Shown in pieces: positions 36,864 through 48,052 of a DNA stretch of 64,000 bases. A program made the position numbers and the translations under genes. The notes under the pieces are model-generated. The model had not been told where the DNA came from, searched no databases, and worked only from the letters and a program-made list of their open reading frames with translations. Source of the DNA: Candidatus Zhuqueibacterota bacterium (lineage in GTDB: Bacteria; Zhuqueibacterota; Zhuqueibacteria; Residuimicrobiales; Oceaniaggregativiventaceae); contig WJMF01000164.1 in assembly GCA_014728085.1 (NCBI GenBank), positions 1,418 to 65,417 of the forward strand, given 5' to 3'. The number at the start of each line of letters is the position of its first letter. The stretch's first letter is position 1.

Positions 36864-38465
36864 TTAATAAATCCATTCCAATTTTTCCAACTTTTTCTGT
36901 GTTATATATGTTCCCGATAAAAATACAACGACGGCATAACCTGTCGACAGCAACAGGGATAGAAGGAAAAGATCCGTCATGTAACCCAGGGCCAGAATGA
37001 GAAAATCGATCGAACCAAATAAAATAATTGCCAGCATCAGCCACAAGGTGCCACCGCTGTGCAGCATATTTCTTGGATGGTCCCAGTTAAAATTGACAAA
37101 ATAAATGGCAACCACCATTCCCAGGGCCACGGCGCCGGCAAGTATACCGTTTAATATTATAAAAAAAATACCGAAAAACTGCAGTGGGGCGCTGCTCAGA
37201 ACGGACAGGATGGCCAATGCCAGGGTTGCCACAGGCAAAAAGGTGGCATATGTTGTAAACCATTTTGCGCCGAAAAGGGTCTGGCTGGCCAGAGGTGCTT
37301 TTTTCAGATGATAAAAGGATTTTCTCTCAATAGCAAGTAATTTTACTGTCGACAAGGCGGCAAAGATTGCTGTAAAGAGCAAAAGCGATGCAAAGGCATG
37401 AAAGTCAAAGAGGGATAGCAGGTCATTTTTTTCGTATATAATAAAAGGAAAAACCATCAACATAATGAGAAAGATAATACTTTGGGCGAATTGTCTGGCA
37501 TCCCGTATAATGAGGTTGAGATCTTTTATTAAAAGAGCAAGAAAAGGGGGTCTTTTTTTTTCGAGATGTTTTTCGGTTTGATGTTTATGTATTAGGGCCG
37601 GACGGTTTTCCTGAAAGGTTTTTAATTTACGGGTTAGTATAAAACTGAACATTATTGCCGGAATGGTCACCAACAGAATCGGAAACAACCTTACTATAGC
37701 GCCGGATGGATGATTCTGTGCGCTCTGGGAAAAAATATTTACCAGCCAATGAGACGGAAGCAGGTCGAGCCAGCTATGGGTATTGAATTGCGCCAGCTGC
37801 TCGAGTCGTTGAGGATTGAAAGAGGTTGAAATTGGATCGAGTTGGGAGAATCGAAAAAGTTGAAAACCGGCCCACAAAGCGACAAAGACAAAGGCAACGA
37901 GGATGGTTGTGATATATTTTGCGCGCTGAGCAGAGAGGGCGGTTAACAAGAGGATTGCACAAATATTCGCAATTGCATAAGCGAGCGCCAAAAAGGCGAT
38001 GACCGCCAATAAAACAATAAACAGAAACCAGGCAGAGATTTCATAGTTGATGTAAAAGGCAATAAGCAGGGGGAGCCCAAAGTAGAGAAAAAGGGTCGAA
38101 TTTATCAGACAGCCCTGAATAAATTTAGCCGCCCAGATGTCGGCTTCGGGAAGCGGTAAAGAGCGCAAAAGTGACAGATCTTTGCTGACAAAGGGTAAAT
38201 GCAGGGAGAGCGGGATGCCGGTGAAAACAAGAAGCGCAAACAGTCCCAATAACGAGAGATTGACAAATCCGGTTGCGGGCAAAAGAGCGTTGTCTGAAAG
38301 AACGCTCCAGGATTTGAAGAGCTGGTTGATCTGGGCATAGATATAGACCGGTAAAATGAACAGCACTCCCAGCGACAAGAGACGATACCTTTTAATACCG
38401 GAGCCCGAATCAAGAAAGGTATTCTTGATTTGCAGCCCTCTGTTCAGCAACAGTTTGAGTATCAT
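36864..38465 (-). CDS. Polytopic membrane protein, putative ABC-2-type permease partner
   Basis: 533 aa with more than 10 TM helices. ATGA overlap with the ABC ATPase gene upstream. Confidence 0.65.
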   Translation of the reverse strand: MILKLLLNRGLQIKNTFLDSGSGIKRYRLLSLGVLFILPVYIYAQINQLFKSWSVLSDNALLPATGFVNLSLLGLFALLVFTGIPLSLHLPFVSKDLSLLRSLPLPEADIWAAKFIQGCLINSTLFLYFGLPLLIAFYINYEISAWFLFIVLLAVIAFLALAYAIANICAILLLTALSAQRAKYITTILVAFVFVALWAGFQLFRFSQLDPISTSFNPQRLEQLAQFNTHSWLDLLPSHWLVNIFSQSAQNHPSGAIVRLFPILLVTIPAIMFSFILTRKLKTFQENRPALIHKHQTEKHLEKKRPPFLALLIKDLNLIIRDARQFAQSIIFLIMLMVFPFIIYEKNDLLSLFDFHAFASLLLFTAIFAALSTVKLLAIERKSFYHLKKAPLASQTLFGAKWFTTYATFLPVATLALAILSVLSSAPLQFFGIFFIILNGILAGAVALGMVVAIYFVNFNWDHPRNMLHSGGTLWLMLAIILFGSIDFLILALGYMTDLFLLSLLLSTGYAVVVFLSGTYITQKKLEKLEWIY

Positions 38466-39235
38466 GTTCCGGCATTCCCCTGTAGAAAAGATTGTAAAGA
38501 GGAGTCGTTTTTGCTTCCGATGATGTTTAAAAAGATATTTTCCAGGTCATTGTATCCGCTTTCTGTTTTTAATTGCTGAAGGGTGGCGACTTTGTGTAGT
38601 TTTCCCTGATGAATAATACCGATCCGGTGACACATCTTTTCCGCCAGTTCGAGGATATGGGTGGACATGAAAATGGTTTTACCCTGTTTTATCAGGCCAT
38701 CGAGCAGGGTTTTGAATGTGCGCACGCTTTCCGGATCGAGTCCGATTGTGGGTTCATCCAGAAAAAGCACTTCCGGATCATGAATGAGGGCACCGACAAG
38801 AGCGACTTTTCGCCGCGTTCCGTGCGAGAGTTCATCGATCAGAGCATCGGCGTGTTCTGCGAGCTCGAAAATATCAAAGAGCTGGTCCATTCTCCTTTTT
38901 GCAAGGGTTGGCGGTATTTTATAAATGTCTGCTAAAAAGCGAATAAATTCATGTGTTTTGAGTTTTTCATAGAGAAAGGGTTCTTCGGGGACAAGGCCGG
39001 TCATTCGCTTGGCTTTGACCGGATTTTCCTGAATGTCGATGCCGTGAATCCAGACTTTGCCTCGGCCGGGGCGAAGCAGTCCATTCATCATCTTTATGGT
39101 TGTGGTTTTCCCCGCTCCGTTCACACCCAAGAAGACAAACAATTCATTCTCAACCCTCAGGGACAAATCATCAACAGCAATGAACGAACCGTATTTTTTT
39201 GTCAAATGCTCTGCTTTAATCATGCTCTGCCTCAA
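38462..39235 (-). CDS. ABC transporter ATP-binding protein
   Basis: Walker [10 protein letters not shown], signature LSHGTRRKV, Walker B LFLDEPT. ATGA overlap with lepA. Confidence 0.9.
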   Translation of the reverse strand: MRQSMIKAEHLTKKYGSFIAVDDLSLRVENELFVFLGVNGAGKTTTIKMMNGLLRPGRGKVWIHGIDIQENPVKAKRMTGLVPEEPFLYEKLKTHEFIRFLADIYKIPPTLAKRRMDQLFDIFELAEHADALIDELSHGTRRKVALVGALIHDPEVLFLDEPTIGLDPESVRTFKTLLDGLIKQGKTIFMSTHILELAEKMCHRIGIIHQGKLHKVATLQQLKTESGYNDLENIFLNIIGSKNDSSLQSFLQGNAGT

Positions 39236-41028
39236 TCGACCTTAAGGATGGACAGAAACGCTTCCTGGGGCACCTGGACTTTGCCCAGTTGTTTCATCCG
39301 TTTTTTACCTTCTTTTTGTTTTTCCAGGAGTTTGCGCTTGCGGGTAATATCGCCGCCATAGCATTTTGCAGTTACATTTTTCCTCAGTGCTTTAACGGTT
39401 TCGCGGGCGATCACCTTGCTGCCGATAGCGGCCTGAATAGCGACCTGATACATCTGGCGCGGTATGAGTTCGCGTAATTTTTCACAAACCCTTCTTCCCC
39501 ATTCGTAGGCTTTTTCGCGGTGAACCACCACAGACAGGGCGTCTACTTTTTCTCCGTTTAGCAGAATGTCGAGTTTGACAACATCTCCCGGTCTAAAGCC
39601 GACAAATTCATAATCAAAGGATGCATACCCCCGGCTTAGGGATTTCAAACGATCATAAAAATCGAAAATTACTTCAGCCAGGGGGAAATCGTAATGCAGG
39701 ACGGCTCGTGTTGTATCGAGATACTCCGTATTGTGATAAATACCACGTCTTTCCATTGCCAGGGGCATAATATTGCCGATGAATTCAGATGGTGTCAGAA
39801 TGTTGGCTCGAATATAGGGTTCTTCAATACGGTCGATGTTGCCGGCTTCCTGCAAGTCGGCGGGATTATCGACTTTGTGCATTTCATTGTTAGCGTCGTA
39901 GATATGAAACTCAACATTCGGCACAGTGCTCACCAGATCGAGTTCATATTCCCGTTCAAGCCGTTCCTGAATGATTTCCATATGCAGAAGACCTAAAAAT
40001 CCGCAGCGAAAACCGAACCCAAGGGCCATCGAGGTTTCCGGTTCGTAGAATAGTGAAGAATCGTTTAATTTCAATTTTTCGAGGGCACTGCGAAGATCTT
40101 CATAATTTTCTGCATCCGAAGGAAACATTCCGCTGAAGACCATGGGTTTGACTTCGCGATATCCGGGCAATGGCTTGGTGGCGGGAGTTTCGACAGTAGT
40201 TATCGTGTCACCGACCCGCGTATCTTTTACATCCTTGGCACCAGCGATGACATAACCCACTTCTCCTGCCGAGAGCTTCGTGGTGCGAATGTTGCCGAAG
40301 CGAAAGACACCCACCTCCTGTAGTTCAAAGGTTTTTCCCGTCGACATGAATTTGATCATTTCACCCGGGACAAGAGAACCTTCGACAATGCGGACATAGG
40401 CAATGGCACCACGGTAGGTATTGAAGACGGAATCGAAGATAAGCGCCCGAGTGGGGTGATCACTGTCACCGCCAGGAGGCGGAATTTTATTTACAATCGC
40501 ATTGAGAACCGATTTGACGCCCTCACCTGTTTTGGCGCTGGTTAAAAGGATTTCTTCCTCTTTACAGCCAAGCAGTTCGATGATTTGCTGTTTTATTTCT
40601 TCGACTCTGGCACTGGGTAGATCTATTTTATTGATTACCGGGATGATCTCGAGATCGTTTTCGATAGCGAGATAGAGATTGCTGACGGTTTGAGCTTCCA
40701 CGCCCTGGGCGGCATCGACAACCAGAACCGCCCCTTCACAGGCCGCCAGGCTTCTCGATACTTCATAGGTAAAATCGACATGCCCGGGCGTATCGATGAG
40801 GTTGAGATTATATTTTTGCCCATCATCGGCCTGGTATTCCATCGTGATGGCGTGCATTTTTATTGTAATGCCGCGTTCGCGTTCCAGATCCATATTGTCA
40901 AGGATCTGCTCCTTCATTTCCTCTTTGGTCATTGTTCCGGTAATCTCCAACAACCGGTCGGCCAAAGTTGATTTGCCGTGGTCTATATGCGCGATGATGC
41001 AAAAATTTCGAAGTTTGTCTTGTTTCAT
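39232..41028 (-). CDS. lepA: Translation elongation factor 4
   Basis: [18 protein letters not shown]-domain. 598 aa. LepA-specific C-terminal domain. Confidence 0.95.
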   Translation of the reverse strand: MKQDKLRNFCIIAHIDHGKSTLADRLLEITGTMTKEEMKEQILDNMDLERERGITIKMHAITMEYQADDGQKYNLNLIDTPGHVDFTYEVSRSLAACEGAVLVVDAAQGVEAQTVSNLYLAIENDLEIIPVINKIDLPSARVEEIKQQIIELLGCKEEEILLTSAKTGEGVKSVLNAIVNKIPPPGGDSDHPTRALIFDSVFNTYRGAIAYVRIVEGSLVPGEMIKFMSTGKTFELQEVGVFRFGNIRTTKLSAGEVGYVIAGAKDVKDTRVGDTITTVETPATKPLPGYREVKPMVFSGMFPSDAENYEDLRSALEKLKLNDSSLFYEPETSMALGFGFRCGFLGLLHMEIIQERLEREYELDLVSTVPNVEFHIYDANNEMHKVDNPADLQEAGNIDRIEEPYIRANILTPSEFIGNIMPLAMERRGIYHNTEYLDTTRAVLHYDFPLAEVIFDFYDRLKSLSRGYASFDYEFVGFRPGDVVKLDILLNGEKVDALSVVVHREKAYEWGRRVCEKLRELIPRQMYQVAIQAAIGSKVIARETVKALRKNVTAKCYGGDITRKRKLLEKQKEGKKRMKQLGKVQVPQEAFLSILKVD

Positions 41029-41220
41029 AAATACACTGACCTGATTTTCATAAAGACTAAAAGTTAATGAATTTATCGCGAGAAATCAATAGAAATAAAT
41101 TTATATAAATTCTCTGCTCATATATAGATATTGATTTTCATGGCCGGCTTTATTAACTTTTCAATTGTAAAAAAAAAAAGCCTGTAGAGGCAAAACCATA
41201 TCATTGACAAGGAGAACAAA

Positions 41221-44200
41221 ATGAAAACAGTAAAGACACTTTCCCGCCCGCTTCGACAGGGCGGGGTTTTCGGGCAACGGTTGCTTTTGGTTCTGATCAG
41301 CTTTCTATGGATTGCATTGGGTTTTGCAGAGGAACCATTGATGCGCTTCCCTGATATACACGACAATTTGATCGTTTTTGTTTCCGGTGAGGACATCTGG
41401 TCCGTCCCGGCAGAGGGGGGAATCGCGACCCGCCTGACCATTCATGATGGTGAGGAGAGATATCCCAAAATATCCCCCGATGGTCAGCTTGTGGCCTTTA
41501 CCGGGGAATATGACGGCAATGCTGATGTTTATGTTATGAATATTTACGGCGGTGAGATCACCCGGTTAACCTATCATCCCGGCGAAGATCAGATTGTCGG
41601 ATGGCATGATTTAAAAAACAAGATCATTTTTCGTTCTCGCCGTCATAGTTACAACCGCTTCGAACGACTGTATCTCATTGCCCCTGACGGAACCGGGCTG
41701 GAGCAGTTGATTTTGCATGAAGCGGTACAGGGGAGCTTTTCGCCGGATGGCAATAAAATTGCTTATAATAAAGTGGCCCGGGAACATCGCACCTGGAAGC
41801 GCTACAAGGGCGGATTGGCCCAGGAGGTTTATCTTTATGATCTAAAGGAAGAAAAAGAAATCAATATCAGCAATTTTGAGGGTACCGATCGAATACCAAT
41901 GTGGATCGGTAACAAGATTTTTTTTAGTTCAGATCGCGAGCGGACATTGAATGTTTTTGCGTACGACACCGAGTCGCGAACCATTGAACAATATACAAAT
42001 CACAGCGAATACGATGTGCGGCGGCCCAGCATGGGAGGTGATCGTATCGTCTATGAAAATGGTGGTGACATCTGGATTTTGAATACGCAATCAAAATCTT
42101 ATCAAAAAGTACCTATAGAGGTACGCGCTGATTTTCCCGAGTTGCGACCCTATTTGAAAGAGGTCAAGTCCTATGTTACCGATATCGCGAGTTCTCCTTC
42201 AGGCAACCGGGCAATCGTTGTGGCGCGCGGCGACATCTTTACCATTCCCAAAGAAGAGGGGTCGGTCCGCAATTTAACCGCTTCATCCGGAGCCAGGGAA
42301 AAAGATGCGGTATGGTCTCCGGATGGAAGATATGTGGCCTATTTTTCGGATCAGAGCGGAGAATATAATCTCTATATTCAAAATACTGTAAACAATACAA
42401 CTCAAAAACTAACGGATTTTAAAGACGGCTATCGTCATACCTTGAAATGGTCACCCGACAGTAAAAAAATTGCCTTTGCAGATCAAACACTGAGCTGCAA
42501 TTATATCGATGTTGAACGCAAACAAATCGTCAATATTGACAAGGCGAAATATGAAAATGTTGATATATCTCTGGACCAAAAAGCGATATATGATTTCAAC
42601 TGGTCGCCGGACAGCCGTTATGTTGCTTATTCAAAAATGGATGTGGATTTGGTAACCAAGGTCTATATCTATTCTTTGGAGAGCGGAAAAGCACATTGCG
42701 TAAGCAATGGGCTTTTTAACGATTTTCATCCGGTTTTTTCTGCGGATGGAAATCATCTCTTTTTTATCTCCAATCGTCGTTTTGATCCGACGTTCTGTGA
42801 TTTTGAATGGGAAATGGTTTACAAAAACGTTGCCGGTATTTATGCGCTATCGCTTCACAAGGGCGTTCCGTCTTTGTTGAGTTTTCGATCGGATGAGGTC
42901 CGGGCTAACGAAAACGCAAAAGAGGAGACAGACAAAAGCGATTCAAAGGATGTTAACGTCATTATCGAGTTCAACGGACTCGAGGATCGTATAGAAGCCA
43001 TTCCGGTAGAAAGAGGAAATTACAGGCACCTGAGTGCGACGTCCACGGGCCTGTTCTATCTCAATAAAGACAAAGGTGACTTCAATCGATTCGAGTTTCG
43101 CCAGCCGGGGCCGATGGATTTGTACTTTTATTCTTTTGATGAGCGCAAGGAAGAAACAGTGGTGGAAAAGATCGACCGATACCATTTGTCGGCCGATCAC
43201 AAACATATTCTATACCAAAAGAACAACGACCTTTATTTCCTGGATGCCGATGCCAGGAATGGAGACGGCAAGGCTTTGAGTCTCGGTGATTTGACAGTCT
43301 GGCATCACCCTATGGCTGAATGGCTGCAGATTTTTAATGAAGCCTGGCGCATGGAAAGGGATTTTTATTATGAACCCGATATGCATGGTCTGGATTGGGC
43401 TGCAGAGAAGAAAAAGTATGAGAACCTGCTCACACGCGCCACTTGTCGTCAGGATATACGTTTTGTTATCGGTGAACTCATCGGTGAGTTGAATACCTCT
43501 CATACCTATGTATATGGCGGAGACCGAAAACGACAGGCAGAGAGAGTCAATGTCGGTCTGTTGGGTGTGGATTGGCAGGTCGACAAAGACCATAATCTCT
43601 ACAGAGTTGAAACAATTTACCAGGTGCCGGACTGGTCGCGAGAGATATATCCACCTCTGGCCAAACCCGGTGTGAATGTAGAAGAACAGGATTACCTTCT
43701 CAAAGTTAATGATGTACAGGTCACGGCCGATAAAAACATTTACAGTTATTTTCAAAATCTAGCCGGAAAACAGGTTGCCATCACCGTCAACGACGAGCCG
43801 GATTTGCAGGGGGCGCGAACGTTTATCGTCAAGCCGTTGAGAAATGAATATTTTTTACGCTACCTGAATTGGGTGGAACACAACCGTCTGGTTGCTGAAA
43901 AGGCATCGCAGGGGCAGATCGGCTATATTCATCTTCCTGATACCTATCTCGGTTCGGCGGTTGAATTTCCGAAATATTTTTATTCTCAAACCCGTAAAAA
44001 AGGGTTGATTATCGACGGCCGTTTTAATGGCGGAGGTCTGGACCCTGATATTTTCCTGAGAAGACTGGACAAACCGTTGCACAGTTACTGGACCCGGCGC
44101 TACTCTCACGATCAAACCACACCTGCTGTTGTTACCTGGGCACATAAAGTTCTCTTAACCAACCGGCAGGCCGGATCGGGTGGTGACGAGTTGCCTTATG

Positions 44201-44514
44201 AATTCAGACTTCGAAAAATGGGCCCGATTATCGGAACCCGAACCTGGGGAGGGCTTGTTGGTGTTTCGATGTTTATTTCTTTGATCGACGGCGGAGGATT
44301 GACCGCACCGGATTACCGTATTTATGATGTCAAAGGTAAATGGGTTATTGAAAACGAAGGTGTCGAACCGGACATTAGAGTTGATCTCCATCCCGCTGAG
44401 ATGGCCAGGGAATATGATGCCCAGCTCCAGCGAGGCATTCAGGAGTTGATGGACAAGATAAAGGAAGAGCCTCATGTCTGGCCGCAGCACGAGGAATTCC
44501 CGAAAGACAAATAA
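41221..44514 (+). CDS. Tricorn-protease homologue (TolB/WD40-like beta-propellers + PDZ + S41 peptidase domain)
   Basis: 1097 aa with a signal peptide. Repeated SPDG[x]x[VI]A[YF] propeller blades. C-terminal S41-like region (LIIDGRFNGGG). Confidence 0.85.
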   Translation: MKTVKTLSRPLRQGGVFGQRLLLVLISFLWIALGFAEEPLMRFPDIHDNLIVFVSGEDIWSVPAEGGIATRLTIHDGEERYPKISPDGQLVAFTGEYDGNADVYVMNIYGGEITRLTYHPGEDQIVGWHDLKNKIIFRSRRHSYNRFERLYLIAPDGTGLEQLILHEAVQGSFSPDGNKIAYNKVAREHRTWKRYKGGLAQEVYLYDLKEEKEINISNFEGTDRIPMWIGNKIFFSSDRERTLNVFAYDTESRTIEQYTNHSEYDVRRPSMGGDRIVYENGGDIWILNTQSKSYQKVPIEVRADFPELRPYLKEVKSYVTDIASSPSGNRAIVVARGDIFTIPKEEGSVRNLTASSGAREKDAVWSPDGRYVAYFSDQSGEYNLYIQNTVNNTTQKLTDFKDGYRHTLKWSPDSKKIAFADQTLSCNYIDVERKQIVNIDKAKYENVDISLDQKAIYDFNWSPDSRYVAYSKMDVDLVTKVYIYSLESGKAHCVSNGLFNDFHPVFSADGNHLFFISNRRFDPTFCDFEWEMVYKNVAGIYALSLHKGVPSLLSFRSDEVRANENAKEETDKSDSKDVNVIIEFNGLEDRIEAIPVERGNYRHLSATSTGLFYLNKDKGDFNRFEFRQPGPMDLYFYSFDERKEETVVEKIDRYHLSADHKHILYQKNNDLYFLDADARNGDGKALSLGDLTVWHHPMAEWLQIFNEAWRMERDFYYEPDMHGLDWAAEKKKYENLLTRATCRQDIRFVIGELIGELNTSHTYVYGGDRKRQAERVNVGLLGVDWQVDKDHNLYRVETIYQVPDWSREIYPPLAKPGVNVEEQDYLLKVNDVQVTADKNIYSYFQNLAGKQVAITVNDEPDLQGARTFIVKPLRNEYFLRYLNWVEHNRLVAEKASQGQIGYIHLPDTYLGSAVEFPKYFYSQTRKKGLIIDGRFNGGGLDPDIFLRRLDKPLHSYWTRRYSHDQTTPAVVTWAHKVLLTNRQAGSGGDELPYEFRLRKMGPIIGTRTWGGLVGVSMFISLIDGGGLTAPDYRIYDVKGKWVIENEGVEPDIRVDLHPAEMAREYDAQLQRGIQELMDKIKEEPHVWPQHEEFPKDK

Positions 44515-44534
44515 TCCCGGCTATAAATCGATCT

Positions 44535-44575
44535 AAAAAGGGTGCTCTCACATGGGGAGCACCCTTTTTGTTTTT
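44535..44575. terminator. Bidirectional rho-independent terminator shared by convergent tricorn and S9 peptidase genes
   Basis: AAAAA-GGGTGCTC-tcacatggg-GAGCACCC-TTTTTGTTTTT. 8-bp GC-rich stem flanked by A5 and a T-rich run. Confidence 0.75.
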
Positions 44576-44609
44576 ATATGCTTCTAATCGTCATTACGAT
44601 CATCTGTTG

Positions 44610-46802
44610 TTAATGTCGTTCGGGATTAAAGGGTTTGTCGAGGAGTTGAGTAAACCAAAAGTCTAAAGTTTTTCGGATTTGGTGTTTGTATTTGGGAAAT
44701 CCTATACCATGCCGTTCATTGGGATAGAGCATCAGATCGAAAGTCTTATTGTGGTCCTGCAGAACATCGATGAGCTGTATCGTGTTTTGCATATGCACGT
44801 TGTCATCCATGGTGCCATGGGTGATGAGGAGTTTACCCTTGTATTTTTTCGCATGGCTCATAACCGATCCAAAGGAATATCCCTGTGGATTTTCGTCAGG
44901 GTGATCCATATAGCGCTCTGTATAGACATTATCATATAAATGCCAGTCAGTAACCGAAAACAGGGCGATTCCATGTGTAAAGTATTCACTTGCAAAGGTC
45001 AGCGCCATACAGGTAACATAACCTCCATAGCTACCGCCGGTGATGGCGATTTTTGTTGAATCGACAAAAGGCTTTTTTTGCAGCCATTTGACGGCTGCAA
45101 TCAGATCATGCATTTCCCATTTTCCAAGATTGCGATGCATAAGGGCTTTTCCTTTTTTACCAAAATGACCGGATCCGCGATGATCGACGGACAGGTAAAT
45201 AATTTGATTTTGGGCCAGATAGTAATTGCTGAGGCGATGAAAGTCATTGGTAACGGATTTTGATCCGGGACCGCCATAAACCGAAAAGAGAACCGGATAT
45301 TTTTTCGATTGATCAAAATCAGGTGGCAAAATCCAGCAGGCCGGCAAATCATAGCCATCACCGGACGGAAGGGTAAACAACTCGGGGGTGCCGAGTTTGT
45401 AATGATCCATCCCGGCAAGGCGTCGGTCGCCCAGGGTCCGCAGCGTGTCGCCCCTGGTTGTAAAAAGAATCATTTGCCCGGGGTGATGAATGTCTTCGAA
45501 TCTGTCGATAAAATAGGTGCCTGCCGGAGAGACCTGGCACCTGTGCGTGCCCGGTTTACGGGTGATTTGTTTGAGATTTTTGCCGTTGATATCAATGCAA
45601 AAGAGTTGGGTTTCCGTTGATTTTTTGTTCGCATGAAAATATATTTTTTCATGGTCTTCATCGAGTCGTTCGATATCCCGTACGGCCCAATCGCCCTGGG
45701 TGAGTTGTTTTATTTTTTTGCCATCCAGGGAGCAGAGATAAAGGTGCGACCAGCCGCTTTTATCGCTTATAAATAGACAGAATTGATTGTCCTTCAGTAC
45801 ATGAAGGTCTTCTATAAAGGAAACCCAGGAATCCTGTTTTTCCGTGTAAACCGTTGCACTTTTCCCGTCAAGTGGATCAGCGGCAAATAGCATTAGCAGG
45901 TTTTGATCGCGATTCATCCATTGGTAAATCAGCGTTTTACTATCAGGTGTCCAGGTGGGCCAGGCAACATAGTTGTCCGCTCTGTTTTCAATGTCGATCC
46001 ATACGATTCTGCCATCTTTGATGTGGGCGACACCCAGCTTGACATCAGGAACCGGGTCTCCGGCTTTGGGATAATGCATCCACTCCAGCAGTCCGTGTTT
46101 TCCGTCGGCTTTATAGAGGGGAAAGCGGGGAACCTTTGAATCGTCGAATCTCAGGAAGGCGATCATGTCGCTGTTTGGCGACCACCAGAATGCTTTGTAG
46201 CGGCTGCGCCGGCCCAAAATTTCTTCATAATAGACCCAGGATGCCCGGCCGTTATAGATGACATTACTTCCATCGTCGGTCAACTGGTGCTCAAGGCCGG
46301 TTTCGATATCGAGAACGTAAAGATTATGATTTCTGGTATAGGCAACAGCATTGCCGTCCGGCGACAATGTCGGGTTTTTTTCCTGCAAAGCCTGGGCGGT
46401 GAGGGGTTTTAATTCCTGCTTGTCACGGTTAAAAAAATAAAGATTCCCGTCTTTTTGTAAAATGAATTTACGGTAATCCTCTGTTCGATCGGCGGCCCTG
46501 CGCAATGAAAAACCTTCGGGAAGCAAGGTTTCCTGGGCTTTATAATCCACAACAAGTGTGGTGTCACCGCTCCCGGCATTGATACGGACCAAGCGGTCGC
46601 GATCGACGAGCTCCAGATAGTGGTTCTGGTCCCACCAGCCCCGTATAGCCGGAAGGGAGGTGAGCAAGCGCGGCTCTGCCCGGTTGTAGACCTGATCAAA
46701 GGTTAATTTTTCTCCGGATTTGGCCGGCAAGGTGGTGAGGCCTGCTACAAGCAAAAGAAGAACAACCTGTCTTTTCATAACGGTTCCTTTCCGTAATAAC
46801 AT
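44610..46802 (-). CDS. S9-family serine peptidase (dipeptidyl-peptidase IV / prolyl oligopeptidase-like)
   Basis: Signal peptide (likely start MKRQVVLLLL). N-terminal DPP-IV beta-propeller. C-terminal alpha/beta hydrolase with TGGSYGG (Ser), HGTMDDNVH (Asp) and ERHG (His). Confidence 0.88.
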   Translation of the reverse strand: MLLRKGTVMKRQVVLLLLVAGLTTLPAKSGEKLTFDQVYNRAEPRLLTSLPAIRGWWDQNHYLELVDRDRLVRINAGSGDTTLVVDYKAQETLLPEGFSLRRAADRTEDYRKFILQKDGNLYFFNRDKQELKPLTAQALQEKNPTLSPDGNAVAYTRNHNLYVLDIETGLEHQLTDDGSNVIYNGRASWVYYEEILGRRSRYKAFWWSPNSDMIAFLRFDDSKVPRFPLYKADGKHGLLEWMHYPKAGDPVPDVKLGVAHIKDGRIVWIDIENRADNYVAWPTWTPDSKTLIYQWMNRDQNLLMLFAADPLDGKSATVYTEKQDSWVSFIEDLHVLKDNQFCLFISDKSGWSHLYLCSLDGKKIKQLTQGDWAVRDIERLDEDHEKIYFHANKKSTETQLFCIDINGKNLKQITRKPGTHRCQVSPAGTYFIDRFEDIHHPGQMILFTTRGDTLRTLGDRRLAGMDHYKLGTPELFTLPSGDGYDLPACWILPPDFDQSKKYPVLFSVYGGPGSKSVTNDFHRLSNYYLAQNQIIYLSVDHRGSGHFGKKGKALMHRNLGKWEMHDLIAAVKWLQKKPFVDSTKIAITGGSYGGYVTCMALTFASEYFTHGIALFSVTDWHLYDNVYTERYMDHPDENPQGYSFGSVMSHAKKYKGKLLITHGTMDDNVHMQNTIQLIDVLQDHNKTFDLMLYPNERHGIGFPKYKHQIRKTLDFWFTQLLDKPFNPERH

Positions 46803-47020
46803 CGTCAGGCGTTTCTATTCGAGTTATATTAAAATAGAAAATTTACATTAAAACTCAAGTCGTAAAAATGATGCCTGCTTTATCAATATTCATCTTCCGA
46901 GTATCCTCTCGCCTGCTTCTTTTCGCTTGATTTTACATAAGGCTTTATGTAGATTATTCACATATTTGCGAAATGGCGTTATGAGCGTTTGTTTGCCGCT
47001 ATGGCGGTTATTTCAGGATC

Positions 47021-48052
47021 TTGAAAATGAATACAAAATATTTACTTTGCCTTTTATTTCTGTTTCAACTGTTTTATTTTCATTGCGCTTCCATTTTTCG
47101 GGGGGCGCCGCTGCCGGAGACGGGTTCGGTCGCTTTACGGCCTGACTTTAAACCCGAGAATGTTCATTATCGCCCGGCTTTATCGAATCCCCGTATTGTC
47201 GAGCTTGGGTTCAAAGCTGAATTGGAGATATTAAAGGTAGAGGAACCGTCCACCCCTTATTTGTTGATATGGTCGTTTTTGCCCACAGAGTCCCGGGCGC
47301 AACGGGGCTTTAAAATAAAGCAAATCAAGCCATCCGATTATCTGACCTATATCGATAGTCGTCACGGTAACCGATATGCATACTGGAATCTTGATTCCGT
47401 CGACAAGATTCCGGATATACAACTGCGATTTTCCTGTACTTGCTATGAACAAGATTATGATATCGATCCTGAGCGGGTTGGCGACTATGATCGCACCAGC
47501 GCATTTTATCGTTTTTACACCCGGGAGGATCCGGCCCTGATTCCCTTTGATCAATTGGAAACCAGCACCGTTCGGGTTGAGGAAAAGCAAAACGGCTTTT
47601 ATGCTTTTCAAGCTCTCGGCCGCGGCTATAGCGAAAATGACAGCACGCTTTTGCAACAGCATCGCAACCGGCTTCCGGATACAACGTCGGTGGGGAACAG
47701 TATAAACGCTTCTGTGCTTTTTTTATCCTATTGCCGGGCCAGTGGAATTCCGGCGAGATTGGTGACGGGTTATCGGATCACCGAAAGCGAAGCGGCGCCG
47801 TGGCACTGGATTGAATTCTTTCTACCCGAATACGGCTGGATACCCTTTGACCCCTGTGAACCGGCTGCCCGTATCGGCTACTGGCCCAATCGGTATTTTA
47901 TCTCAACAACCGGAATGAACCTTGAACTTCCCAATCTAAGCCAGTGGGTCTCATCAAACAAAAGTCAGACCCAACGATATGGATTGCGGTTCATCAAAAT
48001 CGTCTCGAATAATATACAGTTAGATAAAACGGTAGATGTAAAGGTTAAATGA
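47021..48052 (+). CDS. Transglutaminase-like domain protein (secreted)
   Basis: Signal peptide. Cys-His-Asp triad context YCRASGIPARLVTGY ... WHWIEFFLPEYGWIPFDP. Confidence 0.8.
   Translation: MKMNTKYLLCLLFLFQLFYFHCASIFRGAPLPETGSVALRPDFKPENVHYRPALSNPRIVELGFKAELEILKVEEPSTPYLLIWSFLPTESRAQRGFKIKQIKPSDYLTYIDSRHGNRYAYWNLDSVDKIPDIQLRFSCTCYEQDYDIDPERVGDYDRTSAFYRFYTREDPALIPFDQLETSTVRVEEKQNGFYAFQALGRGYSENDSTLLQQHRNRLPDTTSVGNSINASVLFLSYCRASGIPARLVTGYRITESEAAPWHWIEFFLPEYGWIPFDPCEPAARIGYWPNRYFISTTGMNLELPNLSQWVSSNKSQTQRYGLRFIKIVSNNIQLDKTVDVKVK

Noticed and set aside
37553-37561. T9 (A9 on the coding strand) homopolymer inside the ABC-2 permease gene.
   Set aside because: It encodes EKKR in frame. No sign of a frameshift, since the ORF is continuous. 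Merely a potential slippage site.
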